Made by a program: the position numbers and the translations under genes
Shown here: piece by piece, positions 1-8,920 of the stretch
Numbering within the stretch: position 1 is the first letter of the stretch
Layout: each line of letters opens with the position of its first letter
Assembly (NCBI GenBank): GCA_964600615.1
Contig: CAZRJK010000005.1
Span: 7,398-71,397, forward strand
Source: an uncultured Muribaculaceae bacterium
GTDB lineage: Bacteria; Bacillota_I; Bacilli_A; RF39; UBA660
Direction of reading: 5' to 3'
DNA: 64,000 nucleotides
The notes under the pieces: generated by a model
Database searches by the model: none
Told to the model about the DNA's origin: nothing
Seen by the model: only the letters and a program-made list of their open reading frames with translations

Positions 1-1506
1 TGGATTTCCACTCAAGCCACCTCTAGAAGGATCTCCTCTCGAAGTAGCAAAGTGTAAATGTGTTCCACCATAAGGATTGTAACTAGTAGGAACAGGATAT
101 ACTTCTCCAGAATTACCCATAGTACCAATCTTTTGGCCTCTAGCAACAACCTGACCAGGTTTAACTAATATAGTAGCTAAATGCATATAAGTACTATGAT
201 AACCGCCAATATTATGATTAATAATTATATAATTACCTCTTCTACCATTACAACCTAAATAACCAGGAGTACAACCACCAGTAGCAGCAATAACCGTACC
301 ATTATTAGCTGCATAAATAGCAGAACCATAACCAGGACCATATATATCTATAGCAGCATGCATAGTACCCCAACGATATCCATAATAAGTAGTAATTGTA
401 TAAGGAGTATCCGTAGGCCATGCCCAATAAGTCAAGTCTGCAATATGAGGAACTTCCTTATCTCCTTTAACTATAACCTGATCAACAGTAGGTTTCAATT
501 CTGAAGAACTCAAAGTTTGCGTACTAGTAAGTTGTCCATTAATATATAAATATTCACGATTAACTCTATATAATCCTTTTTCACCAGGAGTCTCTATATA
601 TTCTGTCCCCCTTAACCTAGATTCATCATATTTTATAACAACACCAAAATTTTTTTCTTCATCCTTAACACCATTTACCTCGACAGCAATATCCAAAACA
701 GGATTAATTAAACCTACATTAACTACTTGACCAGAATAAAGTAAAATATTCTTACTATTAAAACCAGAATTAGCAAGCAAAAATTCTTGAACATTAAGCT
801 TATTAGCAACAGCAACTGATTCAACAGTATCACCCTCACGAACAACATAACTAGCCTGTTTTTCTGTAGTACCAAACAACAAATATTTAGCAAGTTCTGA
901 AGAATCATTAAATATCTCTTTATCAATAGAAATATAACCTTTCTTATAAGTAATTTTTTGATTTAAATCAATACTCTTAATAATACTACCAGTATCAACA
1001 ATCTCTTTCTGTGTACTACTCATATAACTCTCATAATCTTTTTCATTTACAAAAGATTTAATTAAAGATATTAAAGCTTTATCAAATACTTCTTTACTAG
1101 TAACATACAAATTTCTTGTTTCATAACCATCCCCTTCTTCCTTAGAAGAAATAGTAATAATAACACCCTTAATAGTAAATTGTTTTAACTTAACCATCTT
1201 CTTATATATATAATCATTAGAATCGATATTATTGCCATAAGTAACTACTCTCTTAATAGAAACACCATTAGGCATATATACCTTATCTACTCCATATTTC
1301 TTCATAACTGAAGCTTCTTTTCTATTTATATATGACTCAAAATCTTCTTTATCATCAACAGTGCCAACAACTTCCCCATCAACATATATATTATAAACAT
1401 TATTAGGTTCCCTATCATTATATTTAGTAAATCCTAATCCAAAAGCAAGAACACTTACTAAAATGATTATAATATAATAAGAAATTCTAAAGCCATTATT
1501 TTGCAC
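1..1506 (-). CDS. M23 (LytM-type) metallopeptidase with LysM and G5-like domains; C-terminus runs off the window
   Basis: Absent from the ORF track because it is open to the window edge. I translated the minus strand from GTG at 1506; the SD GAGGGTGG lies 5 nt upstream, inside the dnaB 3' end. It shows an N-terminal TM 'ISYYIIIILVSVLAF', a LysM-like 'YVVREGDTVESVAVANKLNVQEFLLANSG', a G5-like segment, and M23 motifs 'HAAIDI' (HxxxD) and 'GGTHLHF' (HxH). Confidence 0.8.
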   Translation of the reverse strand, partial: MQNNGFRISYYIIIILVSVLAFGLGFTKYNDREPNNVYNIYVDGEVVGTVDDKEDFESYINRKEASVMKKYGVDKVYMPNGVSIKRVVTYGNNIDSNDYIYKKMVKLKQFTIKGVIITISSKEEGDGYETRNLYVTSKEVFDKALISLIKSFVNEKDYESYMSSTQKEIVDTGSIIKSIDLNQKITYKKGYISIDKEIFNDSSELAKYLLFGTTEKQASYVVREGDTVESVAVANKLNVQEFLLANSGFNSKNILLYSGQVVNVGLINPVLDIAVEVNGVKDEEKNFGVVIKYDESRLRGTEYIETPGEKGLYRVNREYLYINGQLTSTQTLSSSELKPTVDQVIVKGDKEVPHIADLTYWAWPTDTPYTITTYYGYRWGTMHAAIDIYGPGYGSAIYAANNGTVIAATGGCTPGYLGCNGRRGNYIIINHNIGGYHSTYMHLATILVKPGQVVARGQKIGTMGNSGEVYPVPTSYNPYGGTHLHFATSRGDPSRGGLSGNP

Positions 1507-2839
1507 TAATACCACCCTCTTTTTTTATCGATAAAAACGTTGAAGTCTTTTTCTTAAATAACATATCTATAGTTGCAATTGGTCCATTACGATGTTTTAA
1601 TATAATAATCTGAATAGGACTAGGAATACTATCATCAATAGGACCTTCAACATTAGGAGCATGAAGAGCAGCTACAATATCAGCATCCTGTTCAATAGAA
1701 CCAGATTCCCTCAAATCACTAAGAACAGGCTTTTTATCTTCTCTTTTCTCAACATTTCTAGATAACTGAGACAAAGCAATAACAGGAACCTCTAATTCCA
1801 AAGCCATTGTCTTTAAACTCCTAGAAATTTCAGACACTTCCTGTTGTCTACTACCAGAATATCTATTAGAAGAATCAATTAACTGTAAATAGTCAATAAC
1901 AACTAAACCTAAACCCTCTCCCATCGTAGACAATCTTCTACATTTAGTTTTAATTTCACTAACCGTAACCCCACCAGCATCATGAAAATATATATTAGTA
2001 TCAGCAAGCTGACTAATAGCTTCATTTACCCTTCTCCAATCATCATTTTCTAACTTACCAGTTTGTAATTTTTTATTATCTACTTGTCCCAAAGAACTAA
2101 TCATTCTCATAATTAACTGTTCAGCAGGCATCTCCAAAGAAAATATAGCAATATTCTTCTTAGTACTCTTAGCTGCAGCACAAGCAATATTTAAAGCAAA
2201 AGCTGTTTTACCTACAGCAGGACGAGCAGCTACTATAACCAATTGAGTAGGATTAAATCCATTAGTCAAATTATCTAAGTCAGCCATTCCGGAAGTAAGT
2301 CCCGTAATTTTTCCCTTGTTCTTAGATAATAACTCTAAATCACTTTGTGCTTTATCTAAAACATCTTTAACAGTTCTAAAATCACTAGTTCTAGTAGTTT
2401 TAGAAACATTTAATATACTTTTCTCAGCTTCTTCAACAACATCACTAATTTTTAAAGAACTATCATTAGCATTACTAATAATCTTAGTAGCTACCTCAAT
2501 CATTCGCCTTAAAGTATAATTACCAATAACAGAATCAATATAATAAGATATATTTGCTCCTGTAGCCACACTATTAATAACAGAATTTAAATATTCTACT
2601 CCCCCTATTTGTACCAAATATCCCTTATCAACAATCCTAGCCGTAACAGTACTAACATCAACAGGTTTCTTATCAAAATATAATTCCTGAATTACCTCAA
2701 ATATTTTACTATGACTATCTAAATAAAAAACCTCTTTTGAAACCTCTTCACAAGCCTTCTGTAAAGAATTATAAGACCAAAAAACAGACCCAATTAAAGC
2801 CTTTTCAGCCTCTATATTATGCGGTAATCCATTATTCAT
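1496..2839 (-). CDS. dnaB: Replicative DNA helicase (DnaB family; DnaC in Bacillus nomenclature)
   Basis: 447 aa. N-terminus 'LPHNIEAEKALIGSV', Walker A 'ARPAVGKTAFALN', 'VIDYLQLI', 'ALSQLSR'. Lies directly downstream of rplI, as in Firmicutes. Confidence 0.95.
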   Translation of the reverse strand: MNNGLPHNIEAEKALIGSVFWSYNSLQKACEEVSKEVFYLDSHSKIFEVIQELYFDKKPVDVSTVTARIVDKGYLVQIGGVEYLNSVINSVATGANISYYIDSVIGNYTLRRMIEVATKIISNANDSSLKISDVVEEAEKSILNVSKTTRTSDFRTVKDVLDKAQSDLELLSKNKGKITGLTSGMADLDNLTNGFNPTQLVIVAARPAVGKTAFALNIACAAAKSTKKNIAIFSLEMPAEQLIMRMISSLGQVDNKKLQTGKLENDDWRRVNEAISQLADTNIYFHDAGGVTVSEIKTKCRRLSTMGEGLGLVVIDYLQLIDSSNRYSGSRQQEVSEISRSLKTMALELEVPVIALSQLSRNVEKREDKKPVLSDLRESGSIEQDADIVAALHAPNVEGPIDDSIPSPIQIIILKHRNGPIATIDMLFKKKTSTFLSIKKEGGISAK

Positions 2840-2847
2840 AAGTACAC

Positions 2848-3288
2848 CTACTTCCCTGTTAATACAACCTTTATATCACAACTAACCTTCTTATGTAACT
2901 TAATAGTAACATTATGATACCCTAAAGTATTCAAAGAATTATCTAAAGCAACCATCTTTCTATTAATATCAAAACCTTTCTTAGATAATTCTTCACATAT
3001 TTGCTTACTACTAACAGAACCAAAAACCTTCCCATTATTTTCTTTAACAACAAATTCTAATGTAACATTACTTAACTTTTTAGCAACATCATTAGCCTTC
3101 TTAATATCATTATCTTCCTTATTTTTAATATTTTCTAAATCCTTATTTAAAATATCAGAACTAGTTTTAGTATACTTAACAGCATAACCATTCTTTATTA
3201 AAAAATTAGTAGCATAACCATCACTAACTTCCTTAATCTCATTAACACGTCCTTGTTTCTTCAAATCCTTAATAAAAATTACTTTCAC
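2848..3288 (-). CDS. rplI: 50S ribosomal protein L9
   Basis: 146 aa. 'MKVIFIKDLKKQGRVNEIKEVSDGYATNFLIKNGYA' is the L9 N-domain signature. Adjacent to dnaB. Confidence 0.95.
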   Translation of the reverse strand: MKVIFIKDLKKQGRVNEIKEVSDGYATNFLIKNGYAVKYTKTSSDILNKDLENIKNKEDNDIKKANDVAKKLSNVTLEFVVKENNGKVFGSVSSKQICEELSKKGFDINRKMVALDNSLNTLGYHNVTIKLHKKVSCDIKVVLTGK

Positions 3289-3335
3289 AATACCACCCTC
3301 CTATGGATAATTATACTATAAATAATATTTTTAGT

Positions 3336-3365
3336 AAAGAAAAAGAACTAGTCAAACTAGTTCTT
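3336..3365 (-). terminator. Rho-independent terminator of adhesin gene 1
   Basis: Inverted repeat aagaactag (3343-3351) / ctagttctt (3357-3365) with a 5-nt loop. An A-run on the + strand gives a T-run on the minus strand. The right arm contains the stop codon. Confidence 0.7.
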
Positions 3366-6134
3366 AACACTCTTTTTTCTAATTACATAAACATAAAGTA
3401 ATGCGCCTAAAGATACAAAACCAAATACAGAAATAATTATAATTGGAAGCATACCAGTTTTAACTTCTTTAAGAGGTGCATCCTTCATCTCTACCTTATT
3501 ATTTTTAAAACTCTTACCATCCTTATCAGTAACAGTACCATCATCATTCATCCTAAATAGAAGTGATTCTGCAGTAGAATATTTAGCAGGAGAAATCTTC
3601 TCAACCAAATAATATAATCCAGCTGGAAGACCAACAATCTCTTTAGGCTTATCAGTAGAAACCCATTGTGCACGAGTACCATCATTAAGTAAAACTGGAA
3701 TACATTCACCAGTATCTTTATTAACAACATACTTATCACTAGTAAATTTACTTTCTTCAGTCGCATCAGAATCTGTCTCAGTACTCTGTTCAGGAATTGA
3801 CTCATCAATTTCTCCAGCTACAACAGCTCTACAAATTGATATAGTAGCACCAGGAAGTTCTTTAGTAGTTGCCATATCAGTCTTACTAACAGTTACTTTA
3901 TTTAAAGTATCTTTAACAACTACTATATCTCTAGATTCTTCTCCACTAGTAACCTTAGCAACAGTTTTACCAGTTACCTTACCATCAGCAGCAAGCTTAA
4001 ATTCCACAGCAGTAGATATCTTGCTATATCCACTAGGAGCAATAGTTTCCACAATTGCATAATCCCCAGGAACTATTCCACGCCATATCTTAGGTGCAAC
4101 TCCAGAAATCCATTTAACATTTTTATTATTAACCGTTTTAATAGGAGTACAATTTTCTTTATTAGATGTATAATCAGCCTTAGTACAAACTTTTAATTCA
4201 GCACCAGGAACTTCATCATCGCCAGTAATAGCCCTTTTACTAATCTCAACTGTATTTTTAACATTAGTAACATCTATAGTCAAATTCTCACCATCAAAAG
4301 TAAATAACGCATATGAATCATTATTACAATATTTAGCATTCACTTCTGTATTTTTATCATTAAAACATTTAGCACCAGATTCAACAATAGTAGTCTTAAC
4401 GCACTTACCCGATGTATCATTAAAAGTAAACCCGTTTTCAGTATCACAAGTTGCATGAGGCTCAGCTTGAGCAGGTTCTGGTATTATAGGATTATCAGGA
4501 TCATCAGGATTTTCAACAGGAGCAGGATTATCTTCTACACACATATTCGTAGATTCATTTAAAGTATATCCAGCATCACAAGTATTAACAGGATCAACTT
4601 CACTAGTAGATGTACAATCATTAGTACCAGTTAAAGTTGCACCACCAGTACATTTCCAACTATGAGCTGAACAATATTCTAATGAATCATTATCTCCACC
4701 TACAAGAATATATTCATCATCATTTTCCTTATAACAATTCTCACCTTTTCTAACAGTAGGTATATCAAATGTTGTCTTACTAGATATATATCCTCTTGGA
4801 ACAGTAATCTCAGTTAATTCAAATCTTGAAAAATCATACTGCGTTGTAGTCACACCAGATTCCCAAGTAAATGTACCATCACCATCATCAGTTAGATTTA
4901 CCGTAGAACCATTATATTTTAAACTAAAACTTGCGCCTTTTACAGGATTACCAGTTTCCTCATCAACTTTATTAATATTAAGACTATAACTATATTTTTT
5001 TGGTTCTGGTGTTGGTGTTGGCGTTGGTGTTGGTCCAGGTGTTGGTGTTGGCGTTGGTGTTGGTTTGGGATTTGGAACTACCACCGTCATAGATTTTCCA
5101 GTATTACGAGTAATAGAAAATTCGCCAGGATAAACTAACCTTTGTTTACCAGCTTTATAAGTTCCACTATAATATAAATAAGATGTATAATATACATTAC
5201 GATTACTACCCTCAACTCTTATAGTTATCTTAGACTTAGCAATATTACTACCTTTTATATATAAAGTAAATAAATATTTTCCACCAGATATAGCACTTGT
5301 AATATCTTTATTACTTATACCATTTGCAGGATAACTTTTTCCATCTAAACTAACTTTAGCATTACTATTATTTGAAGTTATATTTAATTTATACGTAACA
5401 GGAGCTCCATATTGAGTAGTATTTAAATTAGAAACCTCTATTTTACTCACTGTCTTATAAATATATTCACCATTCTTTTTACTTTCAGACAAAGTAGGAT
5501 TACTACTAAATTTTGGAACAGCAAGTGAAGTAGCAGCAATACCAGCTTTATTATCAGTATAATACTTTTCAGCTTGCGTAATAGCATTTTTATATTTAGT
5601 TAACAAATTAGGAAAGTTGCGGCTACCTTCAAGAGAACAACCTTTACAATTAGCCAAAAAATGATTAATACATACACCAACGTCAGCATAAATATTCTTT
5701 TCTATCTTATTATCGGGATTAAGTATATGAGAAATAGCTCCAACAACAATAGCTCTCCTAGACATAGGATCCCAAGTAGATTCCCCATATTTATAATAAT
5801 GTCCATTTTTATGAATACCTTTTATCCATTCAGCACAATATATAGCTCGATTTTTATTATTATAATTTATAAACTTTGCTTTTTCTACACCAGTATTACT
5901 CCCAGAACTACTAGTAATAGAGCCGGTATTTCTACTAAAATAAAACTTACCATTATTTAAGTATTTATAATAAAAATCATTTGGTACATCTACATATTCA
6001 ATGGTATAACTATTACCATCACTAGAGAAACCAGTAATTCCAGTTCCAGTCTCTTCACCATAAGTAACTGCTATATTTACTACAAAAAGAGTTATAAAAA
6101 ATAATAATATATAGTTTACCTTTTTTCTAAACAT
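3357..6134 (-). CDS. Large secreted surface adhesin with SpaA/Cna-B-type (prealbumin-fold) repeat domains, a PT-rich linker and a Cys-rich middle region
   Basis: About 925 aa. ATG at 6134 is preferred because the SD GGAGAG lies 7 nt upstream. Signal peptide 'KKVNYILLFFITLFVVNIAVTYG'. Linker 'PKPTPTPTPTPGPTPTPTPTPEP'. Repeated 'Y.(I/L)VE..AP.GY' motifs ('YAIVETIAPSGYS', 'YYLVEKISPAKYS', 'ELTEITVPRGYIS'). C-terminus 'EVKTG' plus a hydrophobic stretch plus 'IRKKSVKN'. Confidence 0.8.
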   Translation of the reverse strand: MFRKKVNYILLFFITLFVVNIAVTYGEETGTGITGFSSDGNSYTIEYVDVPNDFYYKYLNNGKFYFSRNTGSITSSSGSNTGVEKAKFINYNNKNRAIYCAEWIKGIHKNGHYYKYGESTWDPMSRRAIVVGAISHILNPDNKIEKNIYADVGVCINHFLANCKGCSLEGSRNFPNLLTKYKNAITQAEKYYTDNKAGIAATSLAVPKFSSNPTLSESKKNGEYIYKTVSKIEVSNLNTTQYGAPVTYKLNITSNNSNAKVSLDGKSYPANGISNKDITSAISGGKYLFTLYIKGSNIAKSKITIRVEGSNRNVYYTSYLYYSGTYKAGKQRLVYPGEFSITRNTGKSMTVVVPNPKPTPTPTPTPGPTPTPTPTPEPKKYSYSLNINKVDEETGNPVKGASFSLKYNGSTVNLTDDGDGTFTWESGVTTTQYDFSRFELTEITVPRGYISSKTTFDIPTVRKGENCYKENDDEYILVGGDNDSLEYCSAHSWKCTGGATLTGTNDCTSTSEVDPVNTCDAGYTLNESTNMCVEDNPAPVENPDDPDNPIIPEPAQAEPHATCDTENGFTFNDTSGKCVKTTIVESGAKCFNDKNTEVNAKYCNNDSYALFTFDGENLTIDVTNVKNTVEISKRAITGDDEVPGAELKVCTKADYTSNKENCTPIKTVNNKNVKWISGVAPKIWRGIVPGDYAIVETIAPSGYSKISTAVEFKLAADGKVTGKTVAKVTSGEESRDIVVVKDTLNKVTVSKTDMATTKELPGATISICRAVVAGEIDESIPEQSTETDSDATEESKFTSDKYVVNKDTGECIPVLLNDGTRAQWVSTDKPKEIVGLPAGLYYLVEKISPAKYSTAESLLFRMNDDGTVTDKDGKSFKNNKVEMKDAPLKEVKTGMLPIIIISVFGFVSLGALLYVYVIRKKSVKN
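5004..5070 (-). repeat. PT-linker coding microsatellite-like repeat (adhesin 1)
   Basis: The exact 27-nt unit ggtgttggtgttggcgttggtgttggt occurs twice (5008-5034 and 5038-5064), separated by cca. It encodes (PT)n-PG-(PT)n. Confidence 0.9.
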
Positions 6135-6168
6135 AATCATACTCTCCTATCATAACTACTATAAATAA

Positions 6169-6197
6169 AGTATAACACACAATAAAAAAATTTACAA
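6169..6197 (-). promoter_or_regulatory. SigA-type promoter of adhesin gene 1
   Basis: Minus strand reads TTGTAA, a 17-nt spacer, then TGtTATACT (extended -10). It lies about 25 nt upstream of the RBS. Confidence 0.6.
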
Positions 6198-6199
6198 TA

Positions 6200-6228
6200 G
6201 AAAAAAGAACTAAAACAAATTAGTTCTT
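6200..6228 (-). terminator. Rho-independent terminator of adhesin gene 2
   Basis: Inverted repeat aagaactaa (6205-6213) / ttagttctt (6220-6228), followed by a T-run on the minus strand. The sequence is nearly the same as the terminator at 3336-3365. Confidence 0.7.
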
Positions 6229-8832
6229 TATTACTCTTTTTCTATATTTTGGTGAATTAACATAATCTAAAATTCCCAAAGAAACAAAAGCTAAAATTGA
6301 AATAATAATTATAGGTAACATACCAGTCTTAACCTCTTCGAGATGCTCATCCTTCATAACAAGCTTATTATTAGCTAGACTCTTACCATCTTTATCAGTA
6401 AGTTCACCAGTATCAGTCATCTTAAACAATATAGCTTCAGCAGTAGAATATCCCCTTGGTGCCGTTTTCTCAACCAAATAATAAGTTCCAGCAGGAAGTC
6501 CAGATATAACTTTAGGTTTATCAGTAGATGTCCAAGTAGCATCAGTTCCATCCGCTAATTTAGCAGGAATACATTCACCATCCATATCTAAATCTAACTG
6601 AACCTTAGTACCATCTACCTCAACCACAGAATCATCTTCAGTAGTAGGAGCAGTTCCATGCTCAGTATCTTTTTCATCTCCAGGCTCTAATCCTTCCTCT
6701 TCTGGAGCTTCTTCATAAACTTTTACAACCTCACAAATTGATATTGTAGCCCCAGGCAATTCCTTAGAAGTTGCTATATCAGTCTTACTAATAGTTAAAT
6801 TATTAAGCTGATTATTGATAACAAGATGATTATCAGTAACAGTAGTATTACCAGTTTTAACTTCACCATATTTATCCATCGTAAACTTAGTAGCAGTAGT
6901 AACTAATTTATAACCAGCAGGAGGTACAGTTTCAATTAAATAATAAGTTCCAGCTTTAATACCACTAAATTCTTTTTCACTCTTACCAGAAGTCCAACTT
7001 AATTTTACATCTTCAATTGTCTTAGCGGCTTCACATGATTCTTTATTACTATTATAAGTTGCTTCTGTGCAAATCTTTAACTTAGCTCCTTCAATTTCTT
7101 CATCACCAGTAATAAGTTTTTTGCTAATCTTTAAATTAGTTTTCTTATTTGATCTAACAACAAATATACTACCATCATCTATTTCTACTTTCTCATAATC
7201 ATCAGGATCCCTACAATAAGCATCCCAATCATCAGGATTATCAGAAGGAGCCATAGAAGAAAAATTATTATTGCTACCTAAAATTCCACATAATTTTTCA
7301 ACCTCAACCTTACTAGTAGTTTCATCATCAGATGCAACACAACTCTCATCATAACCACTATAAGTAATTCTAGCAGTAGTTGGATCCAAAACTCTATTAG
7401 TTACTGTAGTAGGTTCTCCACCCTCTTCAATAGGTGGAACCTCAACAACTTGATCCATATAATCAGTAGTTGTCTTCTTACAAGCATATTGTATATTAGT
7501 ATTACAATAATCCATACCAACCTCAGTGCCAGCAGCACTAGCACCGTTATAGTAGCACTTAACGCTATCCGCAGTATTTTTAGAAATAGTATAGCATGAT
7601 TTATTATCTACCGTAGTTTTACCTAAAGAATATCCATCTGGAGCTGTTGTTTCTGTAAAACAAAAGTTTTTACCATAAAACTGATCAGCATTTGCAGGCA
7701 CAGGACCATAAGTATATGTAATTCTAGTACCATCAGAACTTGTAGTTCTTGTTAATTCAAGAGGTCCTTCATAAGTAAATTCAGCACCAGATAAAGCCTC
7801 TCCATTTTCATCAGTTTTTAAAATTTCAATTTCATGTGTAACTGGAGCTGGTGTTGGTGTTGGCGTTGGTGTAGGACCAGGCGTTGGCGTTGGTGTTGGT
7901 GTTGGTGTTTTATTAACTTTAAAGTTAACAACATGCTTAGCACTAAAACTTTCATTTTTTGTCTTATAAATTAGTACTTTTTGAGCACTAGTTCTACAAA
8001 AAACTTGACCCTTAGGATAAGATATTCTTACACTACCAGATAATTTAACAGAAAAATTAAGTGCACTTGCAGATGCATCAACACCAGTAACCTTAACATA
8101 ATAAGCTTTAGTTTCAACACCAGATAAAGTAACCCCATCAACAGCAGTACATCCTGTACCAGTAGAACCAGTACACAGATAGGCATTTTGTCCAGATTTC
8201 AATCCAGAAACCGAAAAAGAATAAGTAGGAGTAGAACCTAGATAAGTCTTTTTCAAACCTTTAAAAGTTACTTTTTCAGAAATAAATTGTTTATTAGCTT
8301 TTAACTTTTTCATAGTTGCATTAGACAAAGTATGCCCCAAGTCCTTAGCAAAATTAGCATCGCTAGCAGCATCAATCTCTTCTGCTCTTCTTCTAGCCTC
8401 ATCAACTATAGTTTTAATTGAAGGACTACCACCAGTAACTTCTGCACTACCAGGAACTTTTCTATAAAAAGCAGTATTTAAGGCTGCAACCTTATAAGCA
8501 TATTTCTTTTTCCAATCAAAGTCTTGCTGCATATTAACATATTTAATAATTTGACCAGCATGAATTAATTGAAAATCACTAAGAACTTTATCACAAGAAG
8601 TATACTTGCTTCCCCCAAAATTATCCGTAAATGCAATACAAAAAGCAACATCTCCATCACTAGTTGTTTTATAAGAAGTTCGATAATGGCTGGTTCTTTT
8701 TGCAGTTAAACCAAACTCCCTTAAAGAAACGTAACCGTTTTCATGAACATAAATTACTGATGCCAAAGCATTAATAGGCAACATAAAAAACACAATAAAA
8801 ATAATTAATAAATACTTAAACTTATACTTCAT
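6220..8832 (-). CDS. Large secreted surface adhesin, paralog of 3357-6134 (SpaA/Cna-B-type domains, PT linker)
   Basis: 870 aa. Signal peptide 'KYLLIIFIVFFMLPINALA'. Linker 'KTPTPTPTPTPGPTPTPTPTPAP'. 'YYLIETVPPAGYK', 'YYLVEKTAPRGYS', 'FTETTAPDGYS'. The C-terminus 'EVKTGMLPIIIIS...KYRKRVIKN' is nearly identical to the paralog. Confidence 0.8.
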   Translation of the reverse strand: MKYKFKYLLIIFIVFFMLPINALASVIYVHENGYVSLREFGLTAKRTSHYRTSYKTTSDGDVAFCIAFTDNFGGSKYTSCDKVLSDFQLIHAGQIIKYVNMQQDFDWKKKYAYKVAALNTAFYRKVPGSAEVTGGSPSIKTIVDEARRRAEEIDAASDANFAKDLGHTLSNATMKKLKANKQFISEKVTFKGLKKTYLGSTPTYSFSVSGLKSGQNAYLCTGSTGTGCTAVDGVTLSGVETKAYYVKVTGVDASASALNFSVKLSGSVRISYPKGQVFCRTSAQKVLIYKTKNESFSAKHVVNFKVNKTPTPTPTPTPGPTPTPTPTPAPVTHEIEILKTDENGEALSGAEFTYEGPLELTRTTSSDGTRITYTYGPVPANADQFYGKNFCFTETTAPDGYSLGKTTVDNKSCYTISKNTADSVKCYYNGASAAGTEVGMDYCNTNIQYACKKTTTDYMDQVVEVPPIEEGGEPTTVTNRVLDPTTARITYSGYDESCVASDDETTSKVEVEKLCGILGSNNNFSSMAPSDNPDDWDAYCRDPDDYEKVEIDDGSIFVVRSNKKTNLKISKKLITGDEEIEGAKLKICTEATYNSNKESCEAAKTIEDVKLSWTSGKSEKEFSGIKAGTYYLIETVPPAGYKLVTTATKFTMDKYGEVKTGNTTVTDNHLVINNQLNNLTISKTDIATSKELPGATISICEVVKVYEEAPEEEGLEPGDEKDTEHGTAPTTEDDSVVEVDGTKVQLDLDMDGECIPAKLADGTDATWTSTDKPKVISGLPAGTYYLVEKTAPRGYSTAEAILFKMTDTGELTDKDGKSLANNKLVMKDEHLEEVKTGMLPIIIISILAFVSLGILDYVNSPKYRKRVIKN
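7844..7909 (-). repeat. PT-linker coding repeat (adhesin 2)
   Basis: Runs of ggtgttggtgttggcgttggtg-type triplets encode PTPTPTPTPGPTPTPTPTP. The protein sequence is nearly the same as the linker at 5004-5070. Confidence 0.85.
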
Positions 8833-8858
8833 AAAATCACTCTACCTCTACTATGAAT

Positions 8859-8887
8859 AGTATAGCATAATAAAAATAAAAATACAA
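8859..8887 (-). promoter_or_regulatory. SigA-type promoter of adhesin gene 2
   Basis: Minus strand reads TTGTAT, a 17-nt spacer, then TGcTATACT (extended -10). It lies immediately after the infB terminator. Confidence 0.6.
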
Positions 8888-8888
8888 C

Positions 8889-8920
8889 AAAAAAAGAAAT
8901 AAAGATTATCTCTTTATTTC
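8889..8920 (-). terminator. Rho-independent terminator of infB
   Basis: 10-bp inverted repeat gaaataaaga (8896-8905) / tctttatttc (8911-8920). It overlaps the infB stop and is followed by T7 on the minus strand. Confidence 0.75.

Noticed and set aside
723-926. Tracked 67-aa minus-strand ORF inside the first 1.5 kb, and many similar short + strand ORFs: 2316-2519, 5661-5960, 11274-11672, 16490-16708, 17298-17513, 19062-19256, 25418-26572, 35887-36093, 36258-36569, 37916-38134, 45857-46042, 53622-53804, 54541-54741, 58452-58682.
   Set aside because: All lie inside, out of frame with, or antisense to long ORFs that have strong motif support. Their translations are Leu/Ile/Phe/Asn-rich, as expected from random frames in AT-rich DNA. 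None has a convincing SD.
3548-3808. Alternative-frame 86-aa ORF within adhesin 1. Similar overlapping minus-strand ORFs occur at 18024-18218, 39174-39418, 55397-55603 and 58373-58570.
   Set aside because: Each overlaps a better-supported gene or a terminator (the 18085-18112 hairpin; the rpmE coding frame; the DUF1146 gene; the region antisense to the prsA-like K/E-rich tract). They show low-complexity hydrophobic composition and have no RBS.
5500-5900. Possible thioester (TED) adhesin domain in adhesin 1: 'AIYCAEW' resembles the TED Cys motif, and 'AITQAEKYY' contains a TQxA-like string about 100 aa downstream.
   Set aside because: The paralog conserves the Cys context ('VAFCIAF') but has no Gln at the aligned TQxA position. 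The TQxA match also lacks the usual following (I/V)W. The match is probably coincidental and would need an HMM or structure check before any claim.
5004-7909. PT-coding tandem repeats considered as a CRISPR-like or minisatellite array.
   Set aside because: They lie in frame inside two long ORFs and encode (Pro-Thr)n linkers. They have no spacer structure and there are no cas genes. No CRISPR array exists anywhere in the window.
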